A DNA stretch of 63,885 nt, filler included, from Octopus bimaculoides (taxonomy: Eukaryota): assembly GCF_001194135.2 (NCBI RefSeq). It is 6 parts of 6 records of this genome, joined end to end, with 100 filler letters (N's around TTAATTAATTAA, not from the genome) between each part and the next. Parts side by side here need not be neighbours in the genome. Positions count along the whole stretch, not along the records: positions 1 to 26,031 come from NC_068981.1; 5 more parts are not named here. The stretch is one strand, 5' to 3'. Positions 1-12,100 of this stretch are shown here, one piece after another. A program made the translations under genes and the position numbers. The stretch's first letter is position 1; each line of letters starts with the position of its first letter. The notes under the pieces are model-generated. The model was not told where the DNA came from and did no database searches. It saw only the letters and a list, made by a program, of their open reading frames with translations.

Positions 1-190
1 GACACGTAAAAGCACCCACTACACTCTCTGAGTGGTTGGCGTTAGGAAGGGCATCCAGCTGTAGAAACTCTGCCAAATTAGACTGGAGCCTGGTGTTGCC
101 ATCCGGTTTCACCAGTCCTCAGTCAAATCGTCCAACCCATGCTAGCATGGAAAGCGGACGTTAAACGATGATGATGATGGTGATGATGAT
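1..190 (+). mobile_element. Family A SINE or LINE-tail repeat ending in (GAT)n
   Basis: ...catgctagcatggaaagcggacgttaaacgatgatgatg; at least 10 related copies in the window. Confidence 0.8.
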
Positions 191-261
191 AAAAGAAATA
201 GATTTCATAGCTAAATCATCAAAAAGTTTATACAATATATTTAGCAAATATTTTAAACAGT

Positions 262-600
262 GATGCAGTTGACATTAGGAAGGTCATCCAGCCATAGAAA
301 TCATGCCAAATCAGACTGGAGTCTGGTGCAGCCCCTCAGCATACCAGCTCTGGTCAAACCGTCTAACCCGTGCCAGCATGGGCAACGAATGTTAAATGAC
401 TATGATGGTGATGTTAGATCATCCTCATTTAACGTCTGCCTTCCATGCTGGCATGGGTTGGATGGTTTGACAGGTGGTGGGCAGGCGGAAGACTGCACCA
501 GACTTCTGTGTCTGTTTTTGCATTGTCTTTACAGCTGGATGCTCTTCCTAATACTAACCACCCAGCACTCAGTGGACTGAGTGCTTTTTATATGGCACAA
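262..600. mobile_element. Two decayed family A copies tail-to-tail (262-412 on +, 417-600 on -)
   Basis: gcatgggcaacgaatgttaaatgactatgatg followed by catcctcatttaacgtctgccttccatgc. Confidence 0.75.
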
Positions 601-1131
601 GCACAGATGCATTTATTAAAGGGCTTAAGCAAATTTTACACACAGACATGCCGTCTCAGTATTTTAATATACACCACTAGTGTCTCGTGCAAATGTGTAA
701 AATCAGTATTTGTCATTAAGTTATATGAGCCATTTTATCTCTGTAGACACTCAATGGTGTAAACAAAAACATCAAACAAAACTAGACAAGCTATTCCCTA
801 GTTCTTTCTGTAGAGAGATGTCTATTGTTTGGTTTCAGTCTTACAGTGAAATTAAAATGCATGTATGAAACATCTTGTACCTACATATATTACAAAAAAT
901 GGTTTATTGAAAGTGGGGAGGGGGGTGGGGTAAAAAGAGATAAAGAGGGAAGAGTGTTTGGCAGAAGGAAAGTGATAGAAAAAGAGAGGGAGCAAGAAAA
1001 GCAAAAGAGAGGGGTATTTACTTGCGAATATGTAGTAGCAGTGAGAGAGAATAAAGAGAACACACTTTGCAGGCATAATCACATACACAGTCAACTGATA
1101 TGCTGAGTACATATATTGGACTAACTGTTAA

Positions 1132-1342
1132 CCTTTTAGTATTGAAAGTAGCTATATTCAGCACAATATTCTGCCCGTTTTAGGCTCAAACTGGCCAGAT
1201 CTCGCCTCTCACACCTACCCTGCAATATCATTCTAAAAAACAATCACAGCTGCGAAATCTTTACACTAAGGATAGTGCATGATCAATTCAAAACAATATG
1301 AACATGCATTACATTTGACAGAGTAATCCAAACACTATAGGG
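1132..1342 (+). mobile_element. ~210-nt TTAA-flanked MITE (piggyBac-type termini), family D
   Basis: TTAA at 1128-1131 and 1343-1346; similar to copies at 1376, 19822, 21674 and 25385. Confidence 0.75.
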
Positions 1343-1375
1343 TTAAAGTAGTCATTAGTAAGGATTATTGGTTAA

Positions 1376-1590
1376 CCCTTTAGCATTCAGCTTCTCTGTC
1401 AAGTGTAATGCTTATTTACATTTTATATAATTGATCATGTATTATCTCAAACCTTAGAGATTTTGAAAATGTGATCGTTCATTTTTAGAATGGCACTGCA
1501 GAGTAGGTGAGAGATGCTGAATCTGATCAGTTTGAACATAAAATAGATAGAATATTTGGGCCTGATATGGTTAGTTTAAATGCTAAAGGG
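1376..1590 (-). mobile_element. Family D TTAA-MITE, inverted relative to 1132-1342
   Basis: TTAA|CCCTTTAGCATT ... AATGCTAAAGGG|TTAA. Confidence 0.85.
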
Positions 1591-2830
1591 TTAATGAAGG
1601 TGAGGAGAGCAAAGAGCGCAGCTTTTTAGATTCAACCATTTGTTTTGTTTTTTTTGTTTTTTTTTAATCGCAATCACTCAACACGTGCTTTACTGCAGCT
1701 GCAGTCTACTTTCTTAGTTGATAAATCTGTATTATAATTCTGCTTGCTTGTTCATTCACATGTTAAGCTTTAAATTGTTGGAGAGGGAGGGAGGTGGAGT
1801 GAGAGTGATAGGAGGGAGAGAGAGAGAGGGGAAGTGAGAGAGATAGCAGATAGCCAGCAGATAGATGCATTGCACTGTTAGCTGTCACATGGCTAGTGGA
1901 AGTGAAGAGAGAAATGTTAATATGAAAAGTGGAATAACATAGTTAAGTTCTTTGAAATGAGAGAGAGAGAAATATAAAGTGTGTAGCAGCGGAAAATTTT
2001 TAAATCATATTGGGACTGGAAGTGAAATAACTTGGCAAAATAGCTGTGGATGTTTTTTTGGTTTTTTGAAATTTACAACCAGTTTGAAGCTAATTATATT
2101 AATATAAGCATTGTATATTCTCTATATCGTCTTGTGCTCATTAACTGTATACAATTTAAATTATAAAATATTGTGTAATAAAAAATATGCAATCATATAC
2201 TGATCATGCAGTTTCAATACTAATACTAAGGAATGATATGCAAATTAAGTATTGTATAGATCGTTATAATAAATGTTTATATCATTTACTGTACAAGCAA
2301 CACAATAAGAAAGGATAATTTGCATTTTTGTTGCCTATAAACCTTAAATAGTTCCTCTAAATTTTTTTCCACTCAGTGCAATTTCCACAGGACCCACCCG
2401 TAATATAATATCCAACTTTTGTCTGTATATAACACAAACTATAGAATGAAACCAACGAAAATATTTTAAATTAAGCATGATACACAGATTCTTTTCTCCA
2501 TTTATTATCTTAACTAGCCATTGGCTTGCAGCCATACTGGGATACTTCCTCTGAGGGTTTAGTCAAGCACATTAAACCCAGTAACTTTTGAATTAGGTAC
2601 TTGTTTTATCGACGTATTTATCAAACTGCTGTGCTACTGTACATCAACAACATCACTAATTTTAAGCAGTATAAATGCATATGTATACACACAATGAGTT
2701 TCCATAATGTTTCTAAATATCAATCAAGTCTATAGTAGAAGACTTCCTGGGTCTACCCTCCACAATTAAAGATTGGCACTTCTTTACACAGCTGTCCTCA
2801 TCCATATGCATCACATGACCAAACCAGATG

Positions 2831-3050
2831 TCATGTGATGCATATGGTGCCTATTATATCCACTTTTCCTCTTAAAACATTTACAAACTGTTGTGCATGC
2901 ACACTGACATTACCCATCCAGCAGAGCATGCTAGCTTTATTTCTTTCTAGCCCACACAAGTCCTCTGTAGGCAAAGCCCATGTTTCACTGCCATGTAACA
3001 CAGCTGTATGTACACAGGCATCATACAGTACATATATTTTATTACCTTCC
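2831..3050 (-). mobile_element. RTE-clade LINE fragment (post-RT region)
   Basis: LYDACVHTAVLHGSETW...LERNKASMLCWM. Confidence 0.8.
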
Positions 3051-3210
3051 ACAGCTCAGTGGAATAGTTACTAGACTTCATTCACTGGGCCTGTGGGTAC
3101 AAGTTTATAACTAAAGAAACAGTTCTCCAATATGAAAATAAGGATGTAATACAATGTACTAATATTCATTAAAGCTTTACCAATATAATCATGAAGTAGA
3201 ATAATATTCC

Positions 3211-3440
3211 TCATCATCATCGTTTAACATCCGCTTTCCAAGCTAGCATGGGTTGGACGATTTGACTGAGGACTGGCAAGCCAGAAGGCTGCACCAGGCT
3301 CCAATCTGATCTGGCAGAGTTTCTACAGCTGGATGCCCTTCCTAACGCCAACCACACCGAGAGTGTAGTGGGTGCTTTTTACGTGCCACTGGCACGAGGG
3401 CCAGTCACACGGTACTGGCAACTAAGTCACACGGTACTCT
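3211..3440 (-). mobile_element. Family A repeat
   Basis: catcatcatcgtttaacatccgctttcc...ctggatgcccttcctaacgcc. Confidence 0.8.
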
Positions 3441-4171
3441 TAAAGTAGGGGAGTTGACAAGGGTATAACCACAGACTATAGTTCTCAGAGATGTTCTCTC
3501 TTAAGACAAGACATTCAATACCACCTACTTGAATTTTTATACCATATCAAGAATCAAATGTTTCGGAACACACAAATAAAGAAAAAAAAAGAAAAAAAAA
3601 TTCAATCTTCTCTTTAACCATCTTACAGATTCCAAAATAAAGATTGTCTTAGCACAAGTACTGTTAATATTTAGCTGATATTTTATAGAAGACATATACA
3701 AAAACTACTTTGATAATAGCACATTTGATTATGGTTGTACAAAAAAAATGAAGGAGAGAGAGAGAGACTTTATACTCTGCGGTTATAAATTGAACAAACA
3801 AATACTCATCTTTGAATGCAATACTTAAGCTTTCTATAGATTATTCAGAACAAAAAGGAAACGGCAATGACACAGAGTAAGCTCCTACTCTTCAGCAGTA
3901 AATACATTAAATTAAAATTCAGTTCACTGACTACTACAGCAGCAGTTCAACAAACGAATTAGTTTACAGAAAGGGAAAGTCAAAAAAATAGATTTATCGA
4001 AAATAGGTTTCACTACAGCACCTAAATTCCAAAGGCACTATTGAAAAACAATTCAACACAGCATCCATGAAAGGAGTTAGAAAAACTCAATATGTCACTT
4101 GTATAATAAATGTTCAATACATTCCAGAGTCTAGGTTGACAAAATGCAACAAATCACAATATCAGTAGAAA

Positions 4172-4368
4172 AGTATAAAAAATTTTGTGAAAGGCCTGGT
4201 TGGAGGCCCAACCTTCCAAGTTCTTTTACAGACATTAGATAATCTGAAGAACCGCTGCAATAAGCTTGTAAATCTGAGAGGGGAACATTTTAAATAAAAT
4301 CATAATTAACTGACCCTCCTGAATTTTCTTTTACCTGAAGTCAGAAATTTTTCAACACCCACCTCATA
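4172..4368 (-). mobile_element. mariner-derived non-autonomous element
   Basis: Reverse complement of 19014-19212; contains a decayed transposase end (RCNKLVNLRGEHFK on the + strand). Confidence 0.65.
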
Positions 4369-4369
4369 T

Positions 4370-4719
4370 ATCATCATCATCGTTTAACGTCCGCTTTCCA
4401 TGCTAGCATGGGTTGGACGATTTGACTGAGGACTGATGAAACCAGATGGCTACACCAGGCTCCAATCTGATTTGGCAGAGTTTCTACAGCTGGATGCCCT
4501 TCCTAACGCCAACCACTCAAAGAGTGTTGTGGGTGCTTTTACATGTCACCCGCACGAAGGCCAGTCAGGCGGTACTGGCAACGGCCACGCTCAAAATGGT
4601 GTATTTTATGTGCCACCCGCACAAGAACCAGTCCAGGGGCACTGGCAACGATCTCGCTCGAAAATCCTATGAAGGCCAGTTGGGCGGTACTGGCAATGGC
4701 CACGCTCAAAATGGTGTAC

Positions 4720-4720
<1 letters not shown>
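4370..4720 (-). mobile_element. Family A repeat with internal tandem duplications
   Basis: Repeated gaaggccagt...gtactggcaa.ggccacgctcaaaatggtgt units. Confidence 0.8.
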
Positions 4721-4766
<46 letters not shown>

Positions 4767-4934
4767 ACTTGTAGTACAACTTCCAGATTTTATCAGTTTA
4801 TAGGTAAATTTCTTAACTAGATACTTTCAGACCTAATTTCAGCTTACATCACAGGAAAATACATACCAGAGATGAAATTTAAATGCTATAAAACCAATTC
4901 AAAGAGAGCACAATGCAACAAAATATGTACTGAC

Positions 4935-6153
4935 CTGATTTTATTGCTACTGTCCTCTTTTACAAGACAATTCACAAGGCCTAATATACCATTTAATGGG
5001 GTGGATGATGATACAAGCCAAAGACGATCAAAGTTATTTTCAGTGGAACACTTCAGAAATAAGTTCTTCAAGTCATTAAACCAACTTCCTTCAAGGTCAT
5101 CAATGACTAGTTTTTGACAAACCAATGGTTTTATTTTTTTCCGTAGTAAATACATATCTGAGATTGGTCCAGTAAAATGGCATACTATTTCCAGTTCAGC
5201 ATTTTTAATATATTCTTTCAAGTCTTCATTAGTAAGGAAAAAGTTTGTTCTGGCGCTAGTAACTGAAGAATAATCTTTTGAAAGCATCTCAAGACATGTG
5301 AAGATTTCAGAATATTGTGTAGCTTCTTCTAGCAGCAAAAATTTACCACTGTTCAGAACATGACAGATGTTCGTCATGACCTGGTTGATATCCTTGTACC
5401 TGTGTAGAACATTACTAGCGATAACTAAATCAGCATTGGACAAAATATCTGAAGATGGGTTTGCAGGATCCCATCGCAAAATGGGAATGCCAGTAACTTC
5501 ACTATCTACGTCCATTTCACCTTCAGAAACTGTTCTAATGTAATCAGTTGTCACTATGGGATGAGACTCAAAAGAAGAAATAATTCTTTGACTGAAATTT
5601 TTCTGTGTAGCATCAATTTCAACAACTTTGATTTTGTTCTTGAACAGATTCTCAAGTACAATGTCTAAACAGCTCTTCAATGCACCTTGATTATAGATAT
5701 AAGTTAACAGTTGGTCAGCAGATAATTCTGATTCAAAAGAACTTAAAAGATGTTCTAAATTATCTGACTTAAGTGATGGAGAGTTTGGAACTTTCATGAG
5801 CATCTGAAGTAGACCATTATGTGGGGATTTTGAAAAGTCAGTCGATTCAACATCTGGAACAGAGTCATTGAAATCTTTTAGCTGTGTTTCCAAGAAACTT
5901 CTGTTGGGTACATTAGTGCTCGTAAGAATACGTTTCAAAATTGATTGACATAGACTTGAACAGATTTTTATATATGAATCCATCTGTATGTCAACTTTTG
6001 ACAAGTTCATAATATTTGGCACAAAAGTGTGTGTTTCCAGAATGGGTGAAGACTGCATTTGTCGTCGTGGAGCCACAGTGGCATGTAAACCAAGTATCTC
6101 AACACCACCAGCAGTGCAGGTATCAATGTCAGAATTAATAGTAACTTTGATGC
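4935..6153 (-). CDS. FASN: FASN-like exon (1219 nt, phase 1-2), DH end, pseudo-methyltransferase and pseudo-KR start
   Basis: Acceptor tgttttccag|GCATC, donor ATCAG|gtcagt; [17 protein letters not shown]...LWLVS...[13 protein letters not shown]; open frame inside ORF 4886..6244. Confidence 0.94.
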
Positions 6154-9100
6154 CTGGAAAACAAAACAAAAAAAAAATTGAATAATTCAGGAGGCAAGAC
6201 CAAGAGAGAGAAATTAATCTAATAACTTTGGAATTTCTAGACAAAAGTGGAAACAGTTTACTGAAGTAATAATTCCTTCAACTTCAGAAACAGAAAATAT
6301 AGAACATTATCTCAGTAAGCACCTATCAGAAAAGGTAAAATTCATTTTTTTTTTCTACTAGATATTGATGCATTAAAGATATCAATGCATTCAATTTTCT
6401 TACCACTTCACAGTTGAAGAGGTTGATGATACAATAAGCAACAAGTATAAAATGCTTCCAAGTTGTGCAAGCAAAATCCTAAAATGGCCTCAGTTCATTT
6501 CCATCTACAACTGAAAGTGGGTTAAAAATAAGAATTTGTCCACATTATATGAAGTGAACAGTATGTCTCAGACTGAACTAAAGAATAACAACATATGCTA
6601 TAGTGAACATATATGCCCCACCAAAGTATTCTAATAGTTATCTCACTACCAAACATCTGCTTGAACAGAGCAACAACAAAAAAGAAAATACCTTAACCCT
6701 TTCGTTACCAAACCGCCCAAAACCGCCCGTAATCACCTATTCATATTTAAATGAGAATATCCGAGCAAATCTCGTTAGTACATTCGTGAAAACACGTGAT
6801 TATTTGTGTAAACAGTTCAGCTATAGTTTTGTACGACGATCGACGTGTTTTTTAATATTGGAATTTTGGGAGATTTTTTTCCAAATTTGTTCCTGTTGTG
6901 TTTTCAAAATTTGTAATCCTGACAAAAAAATGGATACAAATTTTATTCTGTCAAGCAGTGAGTCAGAATTCGAAGGATTTTCCGTTGAAGACCTTGATAA
7001 ATCTAACTCTGTAACCGAAAATAAAAGCACGTGGTATTTGATAATGAATCTGTAGTAACGCCTTGTCTCGTGCGCATGCGTAGTCATCAATATCCAAGTT
7101 TGGCGCCCTTATTCATTCTCTTTTCCCAGCCAGGCGGCCATGAGCATGGTCATGTCAAGCTGTCTCTCCAGCTTTCCAACTCTGGGGATGGCTCACAAAC
7201 ATTCCGGCGTCTCAGCAACCAAGATTAAAGCTGCCTATTTTCCTCCATAAATAAATATTGTTGTGTTGATAGTTCAGAGTTCTGCGTTCCGTTATTATTT
7301 AGAATTTAATATAGAAAAGCAGGTGTACACTTAATGGTGTATAATCACTTTCCTATAAATCTAAGGTTTCATTTTCCGAAAATGAAAGCAGTGAATCCGA
7401 GAGCTCCGATGATAGCGATAAAGAGAATGAATTAGTACCTGAATGGAATGAAAATTTAAAAACTCCTTTCAGTGATTTTTCTGAAGAAACTGGACCAAGT
7501 CACAGTCTTACCCAGGAGAGTAAAGCTTTAGACTATTTCTTTTTGCTTTTTCCGATGTACCTATTTGAATTGATTACGGCGGAAACAAACCGTTACGCTA
7601 AATGTAAACAAAGCGTAAAAAAGGATAGTTTGTGGTTTCCCATAAACTTGAATGAAATTAAAGCATATTTTGCCATAAATATTATTATGGGCATTAGAAA
7701 GTTACCTAGAATANNNNNNNNNNNNNNNNNNNNNNNNNNNNNNNNNNNNNNNNNNNNNNNNNNNNNNNNNNNNNNNNNNNNNNNNNNNNNNNNNNNNNNN
7801 NNNNNNNNNNNNNNNNNNNNNNNNNNNNNNNNNNNNNNNNNNNNNNNNNNNNNNNNNNNNNNNNNNNNNNNNNNNNNNNNNNNNNNNNNNNNNNNNNNNN
7901 NNNNNNNNNNNNNNNNNNTGATCCCTTATTTAAAATAAGACCCCTCATTGATTGTGTTCAAAACATATAAAACAGTTTATAGATGAGGATATGGTGGGCT
8001 ATAAAGGCCGAGTGCGTTTTCAACAGTATATGCCAGGAAAGCCCACAAAATGGGGGATCAAAGTTTGGAAGATTTGTGAATCAAATACTGGGTACTGCTC
8101 TGGATTTTAATTTTATACTGGCAAAAGAGACTAATGAATCCAGTAATGTGCACAACTCTTCTATAATAATATTTTGTTGTATACCCAATTGAATATTAGC
8201 TAATAACCCATTTTCTATAGCGATGTTTGAACAAAAATTTTAATAATTTTATATTTTGTTGAATTTACCTGTATTTACCTGTAATTAAAGTCACTTTGTG
8301 ACAAAAATTTTGGTATAGAATTGGTATAGAACCTTTCGTTAAATTATCTTCCAAAAATCACATTAATATGTTGATAAATAAAAAAGTTGTTTAATGAAAC
8401 CAGACTAAATTCATGATTATGTTAGAAATTAATTGAAACACATAAGGGGTGTATTTTGGTTAGAAATATGGTTAACGAAAGGGTTAAAGTTTACACCAGA
8501 AAAAATTACCTTTTATAAAGCAATAGAAATAAAATAAAAACACTCAAAATACCAACCTTTTGTTTCATCATTCACCACTCTGCAACAGCCATCATGACAA
8601 GTTGGATCTATGTAAACAGATTGGATCCTAGTGGGTAGTCTTAATCCTTTTCCAGGTAGTCTTAATACAGACATCTGAAGCATGGTATCCAAGAAAGTTA
8701 CCCAGTTCTTATTCCAACATAAAACACCTTGATTTCCTATAATATGAAAAAAAAACAGAGACATTAAACTACATACACGTGTATATACATGTTGATTCAA
8801 ATTAAGAAAAATAATCCAAAAGGGCCAACATGTTTTAATCCACTTTAGGCTGAATAAAATGAAATTTATCCACAATCATACATCACATTAAATCAAAGCA
8901 GTTAATTTTTTGATTAAATATGGAACCTGGCATTTCAAAAAAATCATTAGTCTAAGCTTTTCACTTAAGTCATCTTTATTGCTGTTGAAATGATTGCTGT
9001 TTGTGTTTATAACAGCACAAACTTTGAAGTATTGGAGAAAGTCTATGTAAAGGCCATGCCATATTTATGTCCATTAAGAACATGCTGCCACAACATATCT

Positions 9101-12100
9101 ACTACAAAAATTCTAGGTAATGATTTCTTACACAGTTACAAGACCATATGACTTTCCCAAGAATATTAAATTGAATTAAGCTGTGAATAACCAAATTGAT
9201 AAAACACTGAACAATCAATCAAGATTGATTGATAGTATCCAGTCCCCAACACTGCATTTGTAGTAAGTCTTAACAGCTGAGTTCACCTAGCTCCATTGTT
9301 TTTAAATAAAATTTGCCTCTTTAAATATGTGAATATTATCTTAAAAACTAGGAAATTCAGAGAAATTTGTTTTACAGCCTTCAGTTTAAGTAACTCTTTA
9401 AGAGCACCTTAGCTGGAATGAACTTTACAGTTTTGTCTTATACCAAATTGCAGCAAAACATTCCAGGGTGTGATTGTGGATTGCTCCTAACCTATTAAGT
9501 GGTTACCTAAGAGTTCGACAGTTCCAGTTGCATTACAAAAATCAACTAATTTATGACATTTGTACACACAAATACAGTATCATCACTAAAAAGACACAGA
9601 CTATGGCTTTTAATATATGAAGATTAACAAACTCAACTCTTTTGTTGCTCTATTTCTGTCAAAACACACAGCCTTTGTTTCAATTAATTTTGAAAATAAA
9701 TGGAGAATTTAGTAAAATAACTTAAGATGGTGTACGGAACATAAATTAAAATGGAATTTTAATGGGTTAGATCACTTCAAAATGAGAAGTTTATGTTACA
9801 GAACCAAGGGCTGTCTTGGACAGGTCTGTATCAAAAGAGTTAAAGGATATATGTAAAGAGAAATCATTTAAAACTGTTGCAAAAATAATTGCACCATACC
9901 AAAACTGTTTGTTTTAAGAATTCCTTGGAATGTAGGTCCATAGTCATATCCTCGAAGGTGTAGTACTCTGTAAACTTCTAATTTGTTAAGGTCTTCAGAA
10001 ACATCAAGTAAGTCAGTATTAATATTACTTGCTATGTCAGAGCGAAGGTCTTGAACAGCTCTTATTCTGCCACTAGCAACAAGACTGCCATTTTCAACGA
10101 TTTCAAATTCACCAGTTATTTGCATGATGTTCACTTCAAACTTCAGCTTGCCTAATAAAAAAGATTTTAAAAAAAACGTTTTGATAAAACACAGATGAGT
10201 AATATTCTTCAATCTATTCTTTTAAAAAAAGTATAGTTATACATATCTGTCTGTAATCATATAATACAGGGTCATGAAGAGTAATACTGTTTTTTATAAC
10301 CTTTTTACTGCAGGACGTAAATATATCCGTTCAAAATTTCACTACCTTTAACTGCAGAAGACAGTTTTATATACCAATCTCTCTCTTGCTGAGGAGTGTC
10401 ATGTTTGAAACCATTTTCATCATCATCATCGTTTAACGTCCGCCTTCCATGCTAGCATGGGTTGGACGATTTGACTGAGGACTGGTGAAACCGGATGGCA
10501 ACACCAGGCTCCAATCTAATTTGGCAGAGTTTCTACAGCTGGATGCCCTTCCTAATGCCAACCACTCAGAGAGTGTAGTGGGTGCTTTTACGTGTCACCC
10601 GCACGAAGGCCAGTCAGGCGGTACTGGCAACGGCCACGCTCAAAATGTCTTTTATGTGCTACCCGCACATGAGCCAGTTCAGGGGCACAGGGAACAATCT
10701 CGCTCGAGGTAAATACCAATTCCAATTTTTGGAAGATATTTAGCATTATTGGAATGACTGAAATTCAATTTCACAGTTAGAGGGTTAAATTAGTTAACTG
10801 CTAGATAACCAGAGCATTTCATATGTTATCAAAAAAATTCCACTCTAGACATTTAGCTTTCATTGCATTTATGTAAAAGCAATAAAATAATACTTCTGCA
10901 ACATTTTAGCTATTTTGGTATCTTTCAGCTATCAATTATATTATGATGCATACATTTCTATATGTTCAGATTTTTTCTTCATCTACACTAGCTTCACATG
11001 GCATACAATCAGAAGCAGTAGCATTTAATAATTAGAAATGGGGTATATTGACATGGCATTTACTCCAAAATCCTGTTATTTTAAGTTTGATTCACTGCAT
11101 GGTACTTTGGCCAAATAACTTTTGCTGTAACTTCAAGCCAACTGATGCTTTGTAAGTGAAATTGGTAGACAAACTACGGAAGCCATGTGTGCACACATGC
11201 TCATGCACATAAATATTTACATTATGTGCCAGTATGAATACCAGTTGAGCAAAAATGGTGACATTATGCTGACATTCCATTAATTTGTCCTTTTGAAAAC
11301 AAGCAAAATACAAAAAATCCCCAACTTGAAAAACATGTAAAAGTTAATGACAAGAAGGACATATCCAACTGTAAAATAAAACCTTCAGTTAATAGAATTC
11401 ATCCAATCTATGGGAAAATAGCTGCAGAATGAACAAACAAGCGGAGGAATTTAACATTATTTAACTAACAACCCAAATTTCTTGCTGGTAGCAATCTTCA
11501 GCTTAATTCTGGAGAGTATCATTAAACGTGTAGCACTAACACAACTTGTTAGAATTATACAAAACATTGAAGCTGAATTTAATAGGTTTTTGCATGCTAA
11601 AACTAGTGAGAAAAGGACAATATGATGTTTTAACCCTTTAGAACTGTCTTGTTTATTCACCATGGAGGCGCAATGGCCCAGTGGTTAAGGCAGCGGACTC
11701 GCAGTCATAGGATCGCGGTTTCGATTTCCAGACTGGGCGTTGTGAGTGTTTATTGAGCAAAAACACCTAAAGATCCATGAGGCTCCGGCAGGGGATGGTG
11801 GCGAACCCTGCTGTACTCTTTCACCACAACTTTCTCTCACTCTTACTTCCTGTTTCTGTTGTGCCTGTAATTCAAAGGGTCAGCCTTGTCACACTGTGTC
11901 ACGATGAATATCCCCGAGAACTATGTTAAGGGTACACGTGTCTGTGGAGGGCTCAGCCACTTGCACGTTAATTTCACGAGCAGGCTGTTCCATTGATCGG
12001 ATCAACTGGAACCCTCGACATCATAAACGACGGAGTGCCAACAACAACAATTTATTCACTATTTTGAACTAATCATACATTACATTGTAGGTTCAAGATG

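Noticed and set aside
2344-2535. ORF 2344..2535 (-) as the next FASN exon
   Set aside because: Both candidate acceptors read in the required phase 2 hit stops within about 30 codons, and the peptides show no similarity to the FAS pseudo-KR/ER linker.
4436-4820. Recurrent ORFs MKPDG...[11 protein letters not shown] (also 10485, 25891 and related)
   Set aside because: These are chance frames of the family A repeat, which differ between copies by stops and frameshifts.
11664-11740. tRNA gene at the tRNA-like head (also at about 36383)
   Set aside because: It continues into a shared 300-nt body with a tail and target duplication, so it is a SINE head; no clean cloverleaf.
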